Source of the DNA: Phototrophicaceae bacterium
Lineage (GTDB): Bacteria > Chloroflexota > Anaerolineae > Aggregatilineales > Phototrophicaceae
Length of the DNA stretch: 64,000 nucleotides
NCBI GenBank assembly: GCA_965204635.1
Contig: OZ242001.1
Coordinates: 3,946,780 to 4,010,779 of the forward strand
Reading direction: 5' to 3'
Shown: positions 53,180-62,557 of the stretch, in pieces
Layout of the letters: every line of letters starts with the position of its first letter
Position numbering within the stretch: the first letter of the stretch is position 1
Notes under the pieces: model-generated
Database searches by the model: none
What the model was told of the DNA's origin: nothing
The model's input: only the letters and a program-made list of their open reading frames with translations
Made by a program: the position numbers and the translations under genes

Positions 53180-54121
53180 CTAATAGTGATATTGCTCAAG
53201 CGACGCCAAGATCCGCTGAATCTCGCGCGCGATATCCGGCGGAACCCGCGGGTTGAAGGGTCCGCCTGTGCCGCCGACCACGTCATCAAAGCCGCTGCAA
53301 TTGATCGCTTCCATCACCGCGGAATAATTGTAAGCGCGTTCCTGCATGAAGCGGATGTCCTCCAGGGGCGAAATGACTTCTTCGATTTGCCGCGCCGCTT
53401 CATAATCGCGCGCCCGTTGCGCATTGTTGATCTCGTCCGAGGCGCGCGCCACCACGATGTTGATGCCGGAGGTATGGCCCTTGGCGCCGAGCTCCGCCGC
53501 CGCCGTCGAGCGGTCGCCGATGCCCCAAATGACGATCTTGCTCGCGTCCAGCGCCTCCATAAAAGGCGCGACATCGTCTTCATCCGTGCCGATCTTGACG
53601 CCGACGAAATGGGGAGAATCTTGCAGCAGGCGGATGATCATCTCGCGGTCGCGCGGGCGGCGATAGTAATAGAGGAAGCGCGCGCCGTTTTCCCGCGCCT
53701 GCTCCTCAGCGAATTGCATCAAGGTCTCGTAGAGCCCTTGCGGCCCATAAGTGCCGCTGAGCGGCATGATCAGGGTGACATTGGGCGGGCGCGGCAGGGC
53801 GGCCAAACGCCGCATCAAGTCGGCGGCCGCCGGCAGCGGATTCGGCAGGACCGCCGCCATCAGAACGCCGGCGCCATCCATGCGCTGACCGGCGATATCG
53901 AGCAATTTGACCTGGTCGTCATAAGCGATGTGGTGGATGAGGCTGGTCCCAGCGATGGAGATGACGCGCGGCCGGCCGTTGCTCAGGTTGTTGTTGCGCA
54001 TCAAGTATTCGACATTCTTCGCATGTCCGGCGAAGTCGATCTCGCGCCCGGCGAAGGGAATCAGCGGAATGCCGATCACTGAGTTGAGCGCGTCGAGGAG
54101 TTCCGGCGCATCAATTGTCAT
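53180..54121 (-). CDS. DHDPS/N-acetylneuraminate lyase family protein (possibly KdgD-like 5-dehydro-4-deoxyglucarate dehydratase)
   Basis: 313-aa ORF. (beta/alpha)8-like pattern with candidate Schiff-base lysine in HFVGVKIG. Context is next to a glucarate-dehydratase-like gene. Family call is moderate and the specific activity is inferred. Confidence 0.55.
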   Translation of the reverse strand: MTIDAPELLDALNSVIGIPLIPFAGREIDFAGHAKNVEYLMRNNNLSNGRPRVISIAGTSLIHHIAYDDQVKLLDIAGQRMDGAGVLMAAVLPNPLPAAADLMRRLAALPRPPNVTLIMPLSGTYGPQGLYETLMQFAEEQARENGARFLYYYRRPRDREMIIRLLQDSPHFVGVKIGTDEDDVAPFMEALDASKIVIWGIGDRSTAAAELGAKGHTSGINIVVARASDEINNAQRARDYEAARQIEEVISPLEDIRFMQERAYNYSAVMEAINCSGFDDVVGGTGGPFNPRVPPDIAREIQRILASLEQYHY

Positions 54122-54137
54122 GAATTCTTAGCCCTCC

Positions 54138-54685
54138 CCCGGCCCCTCCTCGAAGCATCGGCTGCGGAGCGGACACGTTTACGTCTGCCGCGATATCGCA
54201 GCAAAACCTGGAATGATTTTAGTGATTTTCAGTCGTCCCTACAATTTACGCCATGTAGGGGTCAGCCATTGGCTGACCCGCCGCTATCCTACCACGTTGC
54301 ATTAAACATGTCCGCTGCTCCCCGAAGCATCGGCTGGGGAGCGGACACCTTTACGTCTGCCGTGATATCGGTGCAAAATCTGGAATTGTTTCGGTGATTT
54401 TCGATCGCCCCTGCAATTTACGCCATGTAGGGGTCAGCCATTGGCTGACCCGCCGCTATCCTACCATGTTGCATCAAACATGTCCGCCGCTGCCCGAAGC
54501 ATCGGCTACGGAGCGGGCACCTTTAGGTCAGCCGTGAAATCGCTGCAAAACCTGGAATGCTTTTAGTGATTTTCGGTCGCCCCTGCAATTTACGCCATGT
54601 AGGGGTCAGCCATTGGCTGACCCGCCGCTATCCTACCATGTTGCATCAAACATGTCCGCCGCTGCCCGAAGCATCGGGCAGGGCC
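54138..54685. repeat. tandem array, 172-bp unit x ~3.2
   Basis: GTAGGGGTCAGCCATTGGCTGACCC recurs at 54255, 54427 and 54599. Unit starts (GTCCGC...) are at 54310, 54482 and 54654. Each unit has a REP-like hairpin plus a second hairpin GTCCGCTGCTCCCC-GAAGCATCGGCT-GGGGAGCGGAC. Confidence 0.9.
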
Positions 54686-54931
54686 GACTCTAGCGCCGAG
54701 ATTAAATCTACAAGAATCTTTTCGCAATGTGCTGAATCGGACAATCGCCTGAAATTGTATTTTCGCCAAAGAGACACAAAGATTTTACTACCGAGGACAC
54801 CGAGATAGAAAGATAAACTGGTCTCTCTCTGCGCCCTCTGCGTTCTCTGTAGTTTGAATTTAGTCTGCGCCCTCTGCGATCTCTGTAGTTAGATTTTATT
54901 TTGAATTTGCTGCAATTCATGCAGGCTTGCG

Positions 54932-56209
54932 CTACCAGCGCGTCGCCTGAAAGGTCCAGCCCGGCTGCACCTTCTGCATCTCGACTTCATCATTGCGTTC
55001 GCTCAGCCCGCATTCGAGATACTGCTGATGCAATTGCGCCAGTCGTCCGCGATTGACTTCCACGCCCAGGCCGGGCGCCTGCGGTACCGCGACCGCGCCC
55101 TCTTCAAATGCGAGCGGTTCAAGCAACAAGTCATGCCCGTCTTGCCAGGGATAATGGGTATCGCAGTCGTAGGTCAGATTGGGCACAGCCGCCGCCAGAT
55201 GCGCCATCGCCGCCAACGAAATGCCAAGGTGGCTGTTGGAATGCATGGACATGCCGCGCCCGAAAACGGCGCAGAAACGCGCCAGATCCAGCGACGCGCG
55301 GAAGCCGCCCCAGAAGTGATGATCGGACAAGATAATCGCTTCGGATTGATGCGCGACGCTGCCGGGCAGATCGGCGAAGGAGGTGGTGCACATATTGGTC
55401 GCCAGGGGAATATCCAGGGCCCGCGCCACTTCCGCCATATTCGCCTGACCGCGGACCGGGTCCTCATAATATTCGAGCGCGCCTTCAAGCTGTTTTCCGG
55501 CGGCGATGGCGGTGTCGACGCGCCAGATCGCATTGGGGTCGAGGCGCAGCGGCATATCCGGCCCGAATGCCTCGCGCAGCGCCAGAATGGAATCGACTTC
55601 AACTTGCGGCTCGAGGGCGCCGCCTTTGAGTTTAATCGATCGGAAGCCGTAATGCGGGACCATGGCCTGCGCCTGCGCCACGATGCCTTCCGGATCGAGC
55701 GCCGCTTCCTGCCGCGCCGCCGCCCAGCCGCTCGCCGCCGGGTCGCGCTCGAAGCCGAATGCGCCGCCCGCGCCCTCATACTTAAAGAAGAGGTAGGCGG
55801 CGAAAGGCACGCGCTCCCGCGCGGGCCCGCCCAGCAAATCGACAAGCGGCCGCCCGATCGACTTGGCCATCAAGTCGTAACAGGCGACTTCGATGGCGCT
55901 GTGGACGTGCACCCAGGTCCGCTGATCCCAGGGCGCCGCGCCGCGCGCATCCGGATTCGCCAGCGCCTCCAGCGCCGCGTCGATCGTGTTGAGCCGCCAG
56001 GGATCCAGGCCGATGATCTGGTCGGCCGCGCTCTCCAGGGCGGCGTGAGCGGCGTCGCTGCCCGGGATTTCGCCCCAGCCGGAGAGACCGTCGTCGCTGA
56101 CGAGTTCGACGATGATGCGCAAGGCATAAGGCGCGTGCAAGCCGGCCGCGTTCAGAAGGGGCGGGTCGGCCACGGCGACCGGTGTGATGTGAATTTCGCT
56201 GATTTGCAT
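54932..56209 (-). CDS. gudD: glucarate dehydratase-like enolase-superfamily enzyme
   Basis: 425-aa ORF collinear with GudD as I recall it (ITPVAVADPPLLNAAGLHAPYALRIIV...GWGEIPG; KLKGG; LDPN; YYEDP; ATNM; HSNSHLGISLAAM; DTHYPWQ; C-terminal PGWTF). Confidence 0.75.
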   Translation of the reverse strand: MQISEIHITPVAVADPPLLNAAGLHAPYALRIIVELVSDDGLSGWGEIPGSDAAHAALESAADQIIGLDPWRLNTIDAALEALANPDARGAAPWDQRTWVHVHSAIEVACYDLMAKSIGRPLVDLLGGPARERVPFAAYLFFKYEGAGGAFGFERDPAASGWAAARQEAALDPEGIVAQAQAMVPHYGFRSIKLKGGALEPQVEVDSILALREAFGPDMPLRLDPNAIWRVDTAIAAGKQLEGALEYYEDPVRGQANMAEVARALDIPLATNMCTTSFADLPGSVAHQSEAIILSDHHFWGGFRASLDLARFCAVFGRGMSMHSNSHLGISLAAMAHLAAAVPNLTYDCDTHYPWQDGHDLLLEPLAFEEGAVAVPQAPGLGVEVNRGRLAQLHQQYLECGLSERNDEVEMQKVQPGWTFQATRW

Positions 56210-56411
56210 TTATCGGTTCCGGACGAACTTCTAGTTGGCGATTTGCCACAGAGACACAGAGGCACAGAGTAAACTGCCTTAATTTGTCTAGCTCACGCGC
56301 CCCTCAGCCTGTCATCGATTGTTGCGCTTCAAAGGTTTAACACAAAGGCAGGAAGTTCACAAATGCAGGCAACTACGGAACTATTTCCGTTTCAGTTGAA
56401 ATAGTCCGGTA

Positions 56412-56501
56412 GGGGCGATCCGGTGGATCGCCCGATGGGTACGAACAGGATCGAAATTGGGCGACTCACCGGGGCGCGTGGACACAGCCCGTCAGTCGCC
56501 C
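56412..56501. repeat. REP-type hairpins
   Basis: GTAGGGGCGATCCGGTGGATCGCCC and GGGCGACTCACC...GTCAGTCGCCCCTAC in the 405-bp spacer between two enolase-family genes. Confidence 0.6.
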
Positions 56502-56615
56502 CTACCAGATCGCCGGTATTTGATGAAATTCAACCGACTCTGATACACACCCGCAACTTCGCGAGGATCGAATCTCGGTGTACTCGGTGGTCAGGCAAAA
56601 GCATTATGCCCAACA

Positions 56616-57896
56616 TCAGCTCCACAAGTGATCCAGCGACCACTCGTCGTCCCAGGCGTCGCTCGCTTCGAAGTAGCCGGCGTCCCGCCCGGGGCGCCGA
56701 TCCATGCGCTCGCGGATGGCTTCTTCATTCAACTCGCCGAAGCCCAGGCCCGGCCCTTCCGGCGCCGGCGCGTAGCCGTCGACGACCAGCGGCTTGTCGA
56801 TGCCATCGATCAGATCCTCCCACCAGGGCAGATCAACCGAGTGATTCTCCAGCACATAGAAGTTCTCTGTCGCGGCGGCGCAGTGCACATTCGCCAGGAA
56901 TGAGACGGGCGAGCCGGCCATGTGCATCGCCATCGGCACGCCGTAATCTTGCGCCAGGTCGCCGATCTTCTTCGTCTCCATGATGCCGCCCGAGGTGGCG
57001 AGATCGGGATGAATCACCGAGACGGCGCCCGCTTCCAGCAGGGGCAGGAAACCCTCTTTCAGATAGATGTCCTCGCCCGTGCAGACCGGGGTCAAGACGG
57101 ATTGCTTGAGCTGCCGCCACTGCTCGGTCAATTGCCAGGCGATCATGTCTTCGTACCAAGCCAGCGAGAATGGATCCAGCGCCCGCCCCAGCCGGATGCA
57201 GGATTCGACATTGATGGGGCCGAAGTGATCAGCCGCCAGCGGGATCTCGTAGCCGATAACTTCGCGCACTTGCCGCACATATTCCACCAGGTAGTCGACG
57301 CCGATGTCCGTGAGTTGAACGCCGCTGAAGGGGTGCATGAGGCCGCGCCGCTGGGGGGCGCCAGCCGGCGCCGCGATCGCGCCGTCGATGCCTTCAAGCA
57401 GGCCGATGCCGATGTCCATCTTGAGGAATTTGAAACCGGCTTCCATGCGCTTTTTCAGGCGTTCGCCCATTTGCGCGCCGTCGGCCACCGAGTCAGTATC
57501 GCAGTAAACCAGGACGCTATCGCGGAACTTGCCGCCGGCCAATTGATAAGCGGGCGCGCCATAAGCCTTGCCCGCCAAATCGAAGAGCGCCATCTCGATG
57601 CCGCATACGCCGCCGCCCTGCCGGCCGTGAAAGCCGAACTGCTTGATCTTGCGGAATATCTTGTCGATATTGCAGGGGTTCTCGCCGATCAAGCGCGACT
57701 TGAGCAGCAGGGCATAAGTCGGGCTGGCGCCGTCGCGCACCTCGCCATAACCGCTGATGCCTTGATTCGTATCGAGCCGCAGCAGCGAAACATCAAAGGG
57801 CAGGGCTTTCATGTTGACGACGCGCAGATCGGTGATGCGCAGATCTGTCGGCCGTGAAAAAGTATTGACGTTGCCTTCGAGGCTAGTCTCGCTCAT
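56616..57896 (-). CDS. enolase-superfamily dehydratase (mandelate racemase/muconate lactonizing enzyme family)
   Basis: 426-aa ORF. ...RITDLRVVNM...RLDTNQGISGYGEV capping domain, KMDIG / AWYEDM / TGED metal-ligand contexts, HMAGSP. Confidence 0.8.
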   Translation of the reverse strand: MSETSLEGNVNTFSRPTDLRITDLRVVNMKALPFDVSLLRLDTNQGISGYGEVRDGASPTYALLLKSRLIGENPCNIDKIFRKIKQFGFHGRQGGGVCGIEMALFDLAGKAYGAPAYQLAGGKFRDSVLVYCDTDSVADGAQMGERLKKRMEAGFKFLKMDIGIGLLEGIDGAIAAPAGAPQRRGLMHPFSGVQLTDIGVDYLVEYVRQVREVIGYEIPLAADHFGPINVESCIRLGRALDPFSLAWYEDMIAWQLTEQWRQLKQSVLTPVCTGEDIYLKEGFLPLLEAGAVSVIHPDLATSGGIMETKKIGDLAQDYGVPMAMHMAGSPVSFLANVHCAAATENFYVLENHSVDLPWWEDLIDGIDKPLVVDGYAPAPEGPGLGFGELNEEAIRERMDRRPGRDAGYFEASDAWDDEWSLDHLWS

Positions 57897-57914
57897 TCTG
57901 CCGCCTTGATTTGC

Positions 57915-59327
57915 CTACTCATCTTCTGTCGTATCGACAAGCACTGGACCGGGCTCGAGGTCTTTCCCGGCGAGTCCCGGGTGATCGGCCGCGTATTTGC
58001 GAACGCGGAAGAGCCGGTTGTTTTCGGAACTGACGGGATTGATGAACTCCCAGACGACACGGCCCTCGGGCGTGACCTCAATCAGGCGGCCGGGGGCGCC
58101 GGCCGTGATGAGCGTATTGCCGTTGGGCAAGCGCTGCACGCCGGAAATGAAGGAGGAATAAAAGTCCCGATCGTACTGCCAGACGATTTCGGCGTCCGCG
58201 TTCCAATCATAGCTGCCATCCTCCAACAGCGGCAGTTTCAATTCCAGAATCGACGAGTACTCATCCTCCGCTATTTCGTCTTCGCGAATCACGTTATTGC
58301 GGTTGTTGTACAAGATGATATTTCCGGCGCCGGGCAAGCCCGCGTCTATCCATTGAATGTCATGCTGTTGAAAGAGTTTGCGGTCTTCCACCTTGCGGCC
58401 CTTGCCATAAGCGAAGGGATTGCCCCAACGGTATAGCAGGTCGCCGGCCGGGCCCGCGCTGTCCGCAGTGGAAGGGCTGTGGTCGATGATCCACATCTCG
58501 TCAAAGCGCAGCACGCTGATGACGATTTGGTCGAGGTCGGGATTGTAGTTGACGGAGTTGGAGTGCATCCAGTCAGCGGGGCCGGCGCTCCATTTCAATG
58601 GAATTCCTTTGAGATAGTATTGCTCATAGTTAATGTCAATTCGCTGGGGATTGCCTGCGATGAGACCGAAGTCGGGCAGATTCTGATCGAGATTCTGTAT
58701 GAGATGATCCCAAGCGCTCCATTCCCAGACGATCTCGCCGCTTGGGTTTTCAATTTCTACGACGACATCCGGCAGAAAGACCTCCTCCTCCTCGAAGCTG
58801 GCGGCAACAATCGCCGGGCTCAGGCCCTTGGCGATCGCGTCATCGAGGGGATAGTAGTCCCAAAGCAGTGCCAGGACGTTGCCGTTGGGCAGGATATCGA
58901 TTCCATGATGGTGGCGTCTTTCCGCGCTCGTGAAAGCGCGCTCCCAAACGAGGGCGCCATCCCAGGTATACTCTGCAACTGCGCCATCGGGAGGATAGCC
59001 CAGGTCGTAAAGCGATTCGTCGATTTCGTCGCGCGGCGCATGCACAACCATCAGGTTGCCGTTGTCCAGCAAGTGTATTTCCCGCGTAGGAACGCCAAAG
59101 TCCCATTGCTGGACGACGCGTCCCTGATTGTCGATGGCGTAGGCCCTGCTGTTTATGAGCGGGGCTATGAAGGTGTAGCCGTCAAGCGCCTGTTCCTCGT
59201 GGATCAGAACGCCTGTCTTTTGCTCTTCATTTTGAACCAGGCCGGCCGCGGTGATGCCGCAACCGATTAGCAGTATTGCCGCAAATCGCAACAAGACAGA
59301 CATAGGATCTGCACTCCGATTTGGCAT
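57915..59327 (-). CDS. arylsulfotransferase (ASST)-like beta-propeller protein, membrane anchored/secreted
   Basis: 470-aa ORF. N-terminal hydrophobic anchor. Recurrent DNGNLMVV / LPNGNVLAL / LPNGNTLIT blades and HHHG, WMHSNSV motifs recalling ASST-family proteins. Family call is tentative. Confidence 0.5.
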   Translation of the reverse strand: MPNRSADPMSVLLRFAAILLIGCGITAAGLVQNEEQKTGVLIHEEQALDGYTFIAPLINSRAYAIDNQGRVVQQWDFGVPTREIHLLDNGNLMVVHAPRDEIDESLYDLGYPPDGAVAEYTWDGALVWERAFTSAERRHHHGIDILPNGNVLALLWDYYPLDDAIAKGLSPAIVAASFEEEEVFLPDVVVEIENPSGEIVWEWSAWDHLIQNLDQNLPDFGLIAGNPQRIDINYEQYYLKGIPLKWSAGPADWMHSNSVNYNPDLDQIVISVLRFDEMWIIDHSPSTADSAGPAGDLLYRWGNPFAYGKGRKVEDRKLFQQHDIQWIDAGLPGAGNIILYNNRNNVIREDEIAEDEYSSILELKLPLLEDGSYDWNADAEIVWQYDRDFYSSFISGVQRLPNGNTLITAGAPGRLIEVTPEGRVVWEFINPVSSENNRLFRVRKYAADHPGLAGKDLEPGPVLVDTTEDE

Positions 59328-59412
59328 AGTTTAGCAATTCCACTCAATCTGTACCGAATCTCCCGCCACATATTAGTTAGCGAAGGCGAAATCTTCAAGT
59401 GAATTGTCAGGT

Positions 59413-59452
59413 AAATTCCAAACCGCCGCGCCATTGCCTCGTGGCGCGGCGG
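59413..59452 (-). terminator. Rho-independent-type terminator after the FAD/PhyH gene pair
   Basis: CCGCCGCGCCA-(8-nt loop)-TGGCGCGGCGG. On the minus strand it is followed by TTTGGAATTT. About 165 nt downstream of the PhyH stop. Confidence 0.5.
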
Positions 59453-59618
59453 GTACCGCTGCAAGATAAGCGGGTGGCAGACGCGTCTCGCTCTCAGGCG
59501 GTATCGGCCGCGGACGGGCAAGGGCCCGCCGGGTCGTAAAATTCGGGCGAATTAAAGCTGTAAAGAGGCTGAAGCGCCGGGCGCTGGCGGGCCGCGGCTA
59601 ATGCGCCGGCCGCTGTTT

Positions 59619-60443
59619 TCAGCCCGCGTCGCGGCGCCAGTCGGCGATGGGATTGGGGCCGCCGGTGTAATCGAATTCGGCCCTGTCATCAACCGGCTCG
59701 CCCACCAGGTAGCGCTGCATCGCGCTCAACTTCTCGACCATTGCGCGCGGCTGCCGCAGATAGTCGGTGGGCCGAATCCAGTCGTAGCAATAACCGATCA
59801 TCACGGCCTTGCGAATGCGGTCGGTCAAATTGGCGGCGCCGGCATGCCAGGTGCGATTCTCGAAGAAGACACAATCGCCGGGTTTCAGCAGCGACTCAAC
59901 CTTGGAAGCCGGGTCGGCGGCGCCGGCCGGAATCTCAATGCGCTCCTTCAGTTGGTTGCTGCCGGCCGCCATCAGCGTAACGCCGGTGTTCGGCTCGCTC
60001 AAATCCGTCAGATAATAGGCGACCTTCAGCGAATGCCGGGCGATTCGGCTGTGCCCCAGGTCGCGCATTGAGGGATAGTGATCGCGGTGCCAACCCGGCA
60101 GGCGCGTGGATGCGGGCGAATCCGGCGGATCGGGATGCCGGTAAATCAGGTGGCTCGTCAGCAGCGAAAGATGCGGCCCCAGAAGCTGCGTCACGATGGA
60201 AAAGGTGGCGGGATGCGTAATCAATGGCAAGAAGGCGTCGTCCATGGAGACGCAGTTGCGGAAGCCATCGTACAAGCCGCCGTTGCTGCGCTGCCTGTTT
60301 TCCAGTCGATCGCTGGCCGTGAGCCGGTCGCCGGCCTCAATCAAAGCGGAGACGGTTTCACCGTCCAGCGCGCCGCGAACGATTAAGTAGCCTTCGTCAT
60401 CGAATTGGCGTTTCTGTTCCGGCGCGATCTTGATGAAGTCCAT
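59619..60443 (-). CDS. phytanoyl-CoA dioxygenase (PhyH) family Fe(II)/2-oxoglutarate oxygenase
   Basis: 274-aa ORF. FDDEGYLIVRGAL, WHRDHY (HxD), VFFENRTWHAGAAN. Confidence 0.8.
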   Translation of the reverse strand: MDFIKIAPEQKRQFDDEGYLIVRGALDGETVSALIEAGDRLTASDRLENRQRSNGGLYDGFRNCVSMDDAFLPLITHPATFSIVTQLLGPHLSLLTSHLIYRHPDPPDSPASTRLPGWHRDHYPSMRDLGHSRIARHSLKVAYYLTDLSEPNTGVTLMAAGSNQLKERIEIPAGAADPASKVESLLKPGDCVFFENRTWHAGAANLTDRIRKAVMIGYCYDWIRPTDYLRQPRAMVEKLSAMQRYLVGEPVDDRAEFDYTGGPNPIADWRRDAG

Positions 60444-60446
60444 CTG

Positions 60447-62237
60447 TCACTCCTGACTGTGTAAATACAGTTCGGATAATTCAGCGTCCGGGCGCGCCCT
60501 CAGCGCCTCATAGATTGCGTCAAGCAATTGGCCGCGCGTCCCGGAAAAATCGGCCAGCTCGGGCGCGTTCGCCGCCGCTGTCCAGCGTTCTCGATCCCGG
60601 TCGGAAACTGCCGCATCCAAGTTCGCCCTGTAATCCGCGCCGAGGAAGCCGCGCAAGGCGAAAAACTGCAGCGCCTCGTAATAGCTGTCGCCCGGCGCCG
60701 CATCTTCATAGTAGGTCAGAACGGCGCCCGCCGCCAGCAATCGCCGCTGCAGCTCAAGCGCGTTGACGTCGCGGACGGAAGTACCGGCATCCAGGCTGAC
60801 GTTGATCGCCATCCCGGCCGCTTCGCCCAGGGCCATCCAGCAGGGCTCCATCCGCAGCGTGCTGAAACCGATATGCGTTCCCGAAGCCGGCGCCGGGATC
60901 AAGAGATTCTCGACATCCAGCGGCACGATGACGCCATAAGGCACGCTGTAGGGTTGGGTGCGATAGGTGAAAATGCCGTCGGTGTGCGGCCGCCCTTCTT
61001 CGCGTTTCAGGCAGGCATGCGAGTCCAGGGCGTAGTGGCTGGCGGTGACGCTGGTTATATGCTCGCGGCTGTGGCGTTTGGACAAGGCGTCATGGGCGGT
61101 GAAGAGATATTCGCCGCGGATGCGCCGGCCTTCGCGCACATAGATCTGGCGCGGGAAGTTGCCGTTGTCAGTGAATTCATCGCTCGCCAAGCCCCAATTG
61201 CGGCAGCGTTCGCGGAAATCGGCCGGCAGGTCCGGATCATTTTGGGCGAAATAGAAGAGGCCGAGGATGTAATCGCGCAGGCGCTGGGCGAAGCGATCGC
61301 GCCAATCCCAGCTGGCGGTCGGGTAGGGCCAATTCTCTTCCGGCAGATCGGTGGAAATGAAAGCGGCGTGCTGATTGTTGCCGTCCACCTTGTCGTTCGG
61401 CACCTTGACCATATTGGTGATCGCGCCGATGCCGTCGAACTCCATCGGCGTCGGCGGACCCGCGAAGCGATTCAAGCGCACATCGTCCACCAGGGACAGG
61501 TATTCCTCGCGGTTGTAAGCCGCAGGTTTTTCGATCCTGGTCCTATTGGCCGGGTTCTTGGTCAGCGGCAAGCGGTAGTTGTAGGACTGGACGGCGTTGT
61601 CGCCTTGGCCGGTGGAGTAGTATTCGTCGACCGGGGCGCCCCAGCGCTGATAGAATTTGCCGGCGCAGGGCTCGCCGTATTCCTCCGCGCCTTCCCGCCC
61701 CAGCATGTACGGCGCGCCGGCGGCGGCCGCCAGGTCGCCTTCATAAGTAGCGTCGACGAAAACGGCCGCGCGGTAAATTTCCGCGCCGCCGCTGTCGCGG
61801 TTAAGGATCTTGATTGCCGTCAGGGCGGCGCCGTCTTTGCTCACGTTGCTCGGCTCGAAGTCGAATTGCCGCCGCGCGCGGACCTCGAGCTTGTCGCCTT
61901 GCTCGGCGATCATCTCGAGCAGGATCTTCTCGGCGACATGCGGCTCGAAGCGGTAGCCGTCGGAGCAGTCGATGACCTGCTGCGAATCCGCGCCGTAAGT
62001 TTCGCTGTAGTGCCGCTTGATGCGCGTCACAAACTCGAGGAACAGGCCGCCGGTGGCGCCGCGGGTGTGGATGTCGGTGGCGCCCAGCCCGTTTGCCGGC
62101 AAGCCGCCGATATGCGCGCTGCGCTCCAGGATGACGGCGCGCCGCCCCGATTTGGCGACGGTGATGCCCGCCATGATGCCGGCCGGCGTGCCGCCGACGA
62201 TGACGGCGTCAAACTCGAAATGCGAGGGAGATGACAT
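60447..62237 (-). CDS. FAD-dependent oxidoreductase (PF12831-like)
   Basis: 596-aa ORF. FDAVIVGGTPAGIMAGITVAKSGRRAVILERSAHIGG dinucleotide-binding motif. Same family as 21965..23575 by eye. Confidence 0.7.
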   Translation of the reverse strand: MSSPSHFEFDAVIVGGTPAGIMAGITVAKSGRRAVILERSAHIGGLPANGLGATDIHTRGATGGLFLEFVTRIKRHYSETYGADSQQVIDCSDGYRFEPHVAEKILLEMIAEQGDKLEVRARRQFDFEPSNVSKDGAALTAIKILNRDSGGAEIYRAAVFVDATYEGDLAAAAGAPYMLGREGAEEYGEPCAGKFYQRWGAPVDEYYSTGQGDNAVQSYNYRLPLTKNPANRTRIEKPAAYNREEYLSLVDDVRLNRFAGPPTPMEFDGIGAITNMVKVPNDKVDGNNQHAAFISTDLPEENWPYPTASWDWRDRFAQRLRDYILGLFYFAQNDPDLPADFRERCRNWGLASDEFTDNGNFPRQIYVREGRRIRGEYLFTAHDALSKRHSREHITSVTASHYALDSHACLKREEGRPHTDGIFTYRTQPYSVPYGVIVPLDVENLLIPAPASGTHIGFSTLRMEPCWMALGEAAGMAINVSLDAGTSVRDVNALELQRRLLAAGAVLTYYEDAAPGDSYYEALQFFALRGFLGADYRANLDAAVSDRDRERWTAAANAPELADFSGTRGQLLDAIYEALRARPDAELSELYLHSQE

Positions 62238-62269
62238 ATAGGGATCCTAGGATTAGTGTGCGATTGAGA

Positions 62270-62526
62270 GGGCGAGCCACCGGCTCGCCCGTACAGATCA
62301 GCGTTTGGCGGGCGACGCGATTGTCGCCCATACAGATTTTCATTTAGCGGGCGAGCCAAGGCTCGCCCCTACAAACTTACGATTGGCGGACGATGCGACT
62401 GTTGCCCCTACAGATTTTCATTTGGCGGGCGAGCCAATGGCTCGCCCCTACAGATCGACATTTGGCGGGCGAGCCAATGGCTCGCCCCTACAGATCAACA
62501 TTTGGCGGGCGACGCAAGGGTCGTCC
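62270..62526. repeat. tandem array of seven REP hairpins, ~40-bp period (BIME-like)
   Basis: GGGCGAGCC-NNNN-GGCTCGCCC-type hairpins start at 62270, 62310, 62349, ~62385 (degenerate), 62427, 62467 and 62507. They are separated by a conserved linker CTACAGATnnnCATTTGGC. Confidence 0.9.
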
Positions 62527-62557
62527 AAACGGAAATTTGATTGACGGGCGCATTCAT

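Noticed and set aside
62270-62526. Regularly spaced 21-nt palindromic repeats that superficially resemble a CRISPR array
   Set aside because: The 19-nt 'spacers' are themselves conserved between units (CTACAGATnnnCATTTGGC). The period is only ~40 bp, the repeats vary, and no cas genes are nearby. It is a tandem REP cluster, not CRISPR.
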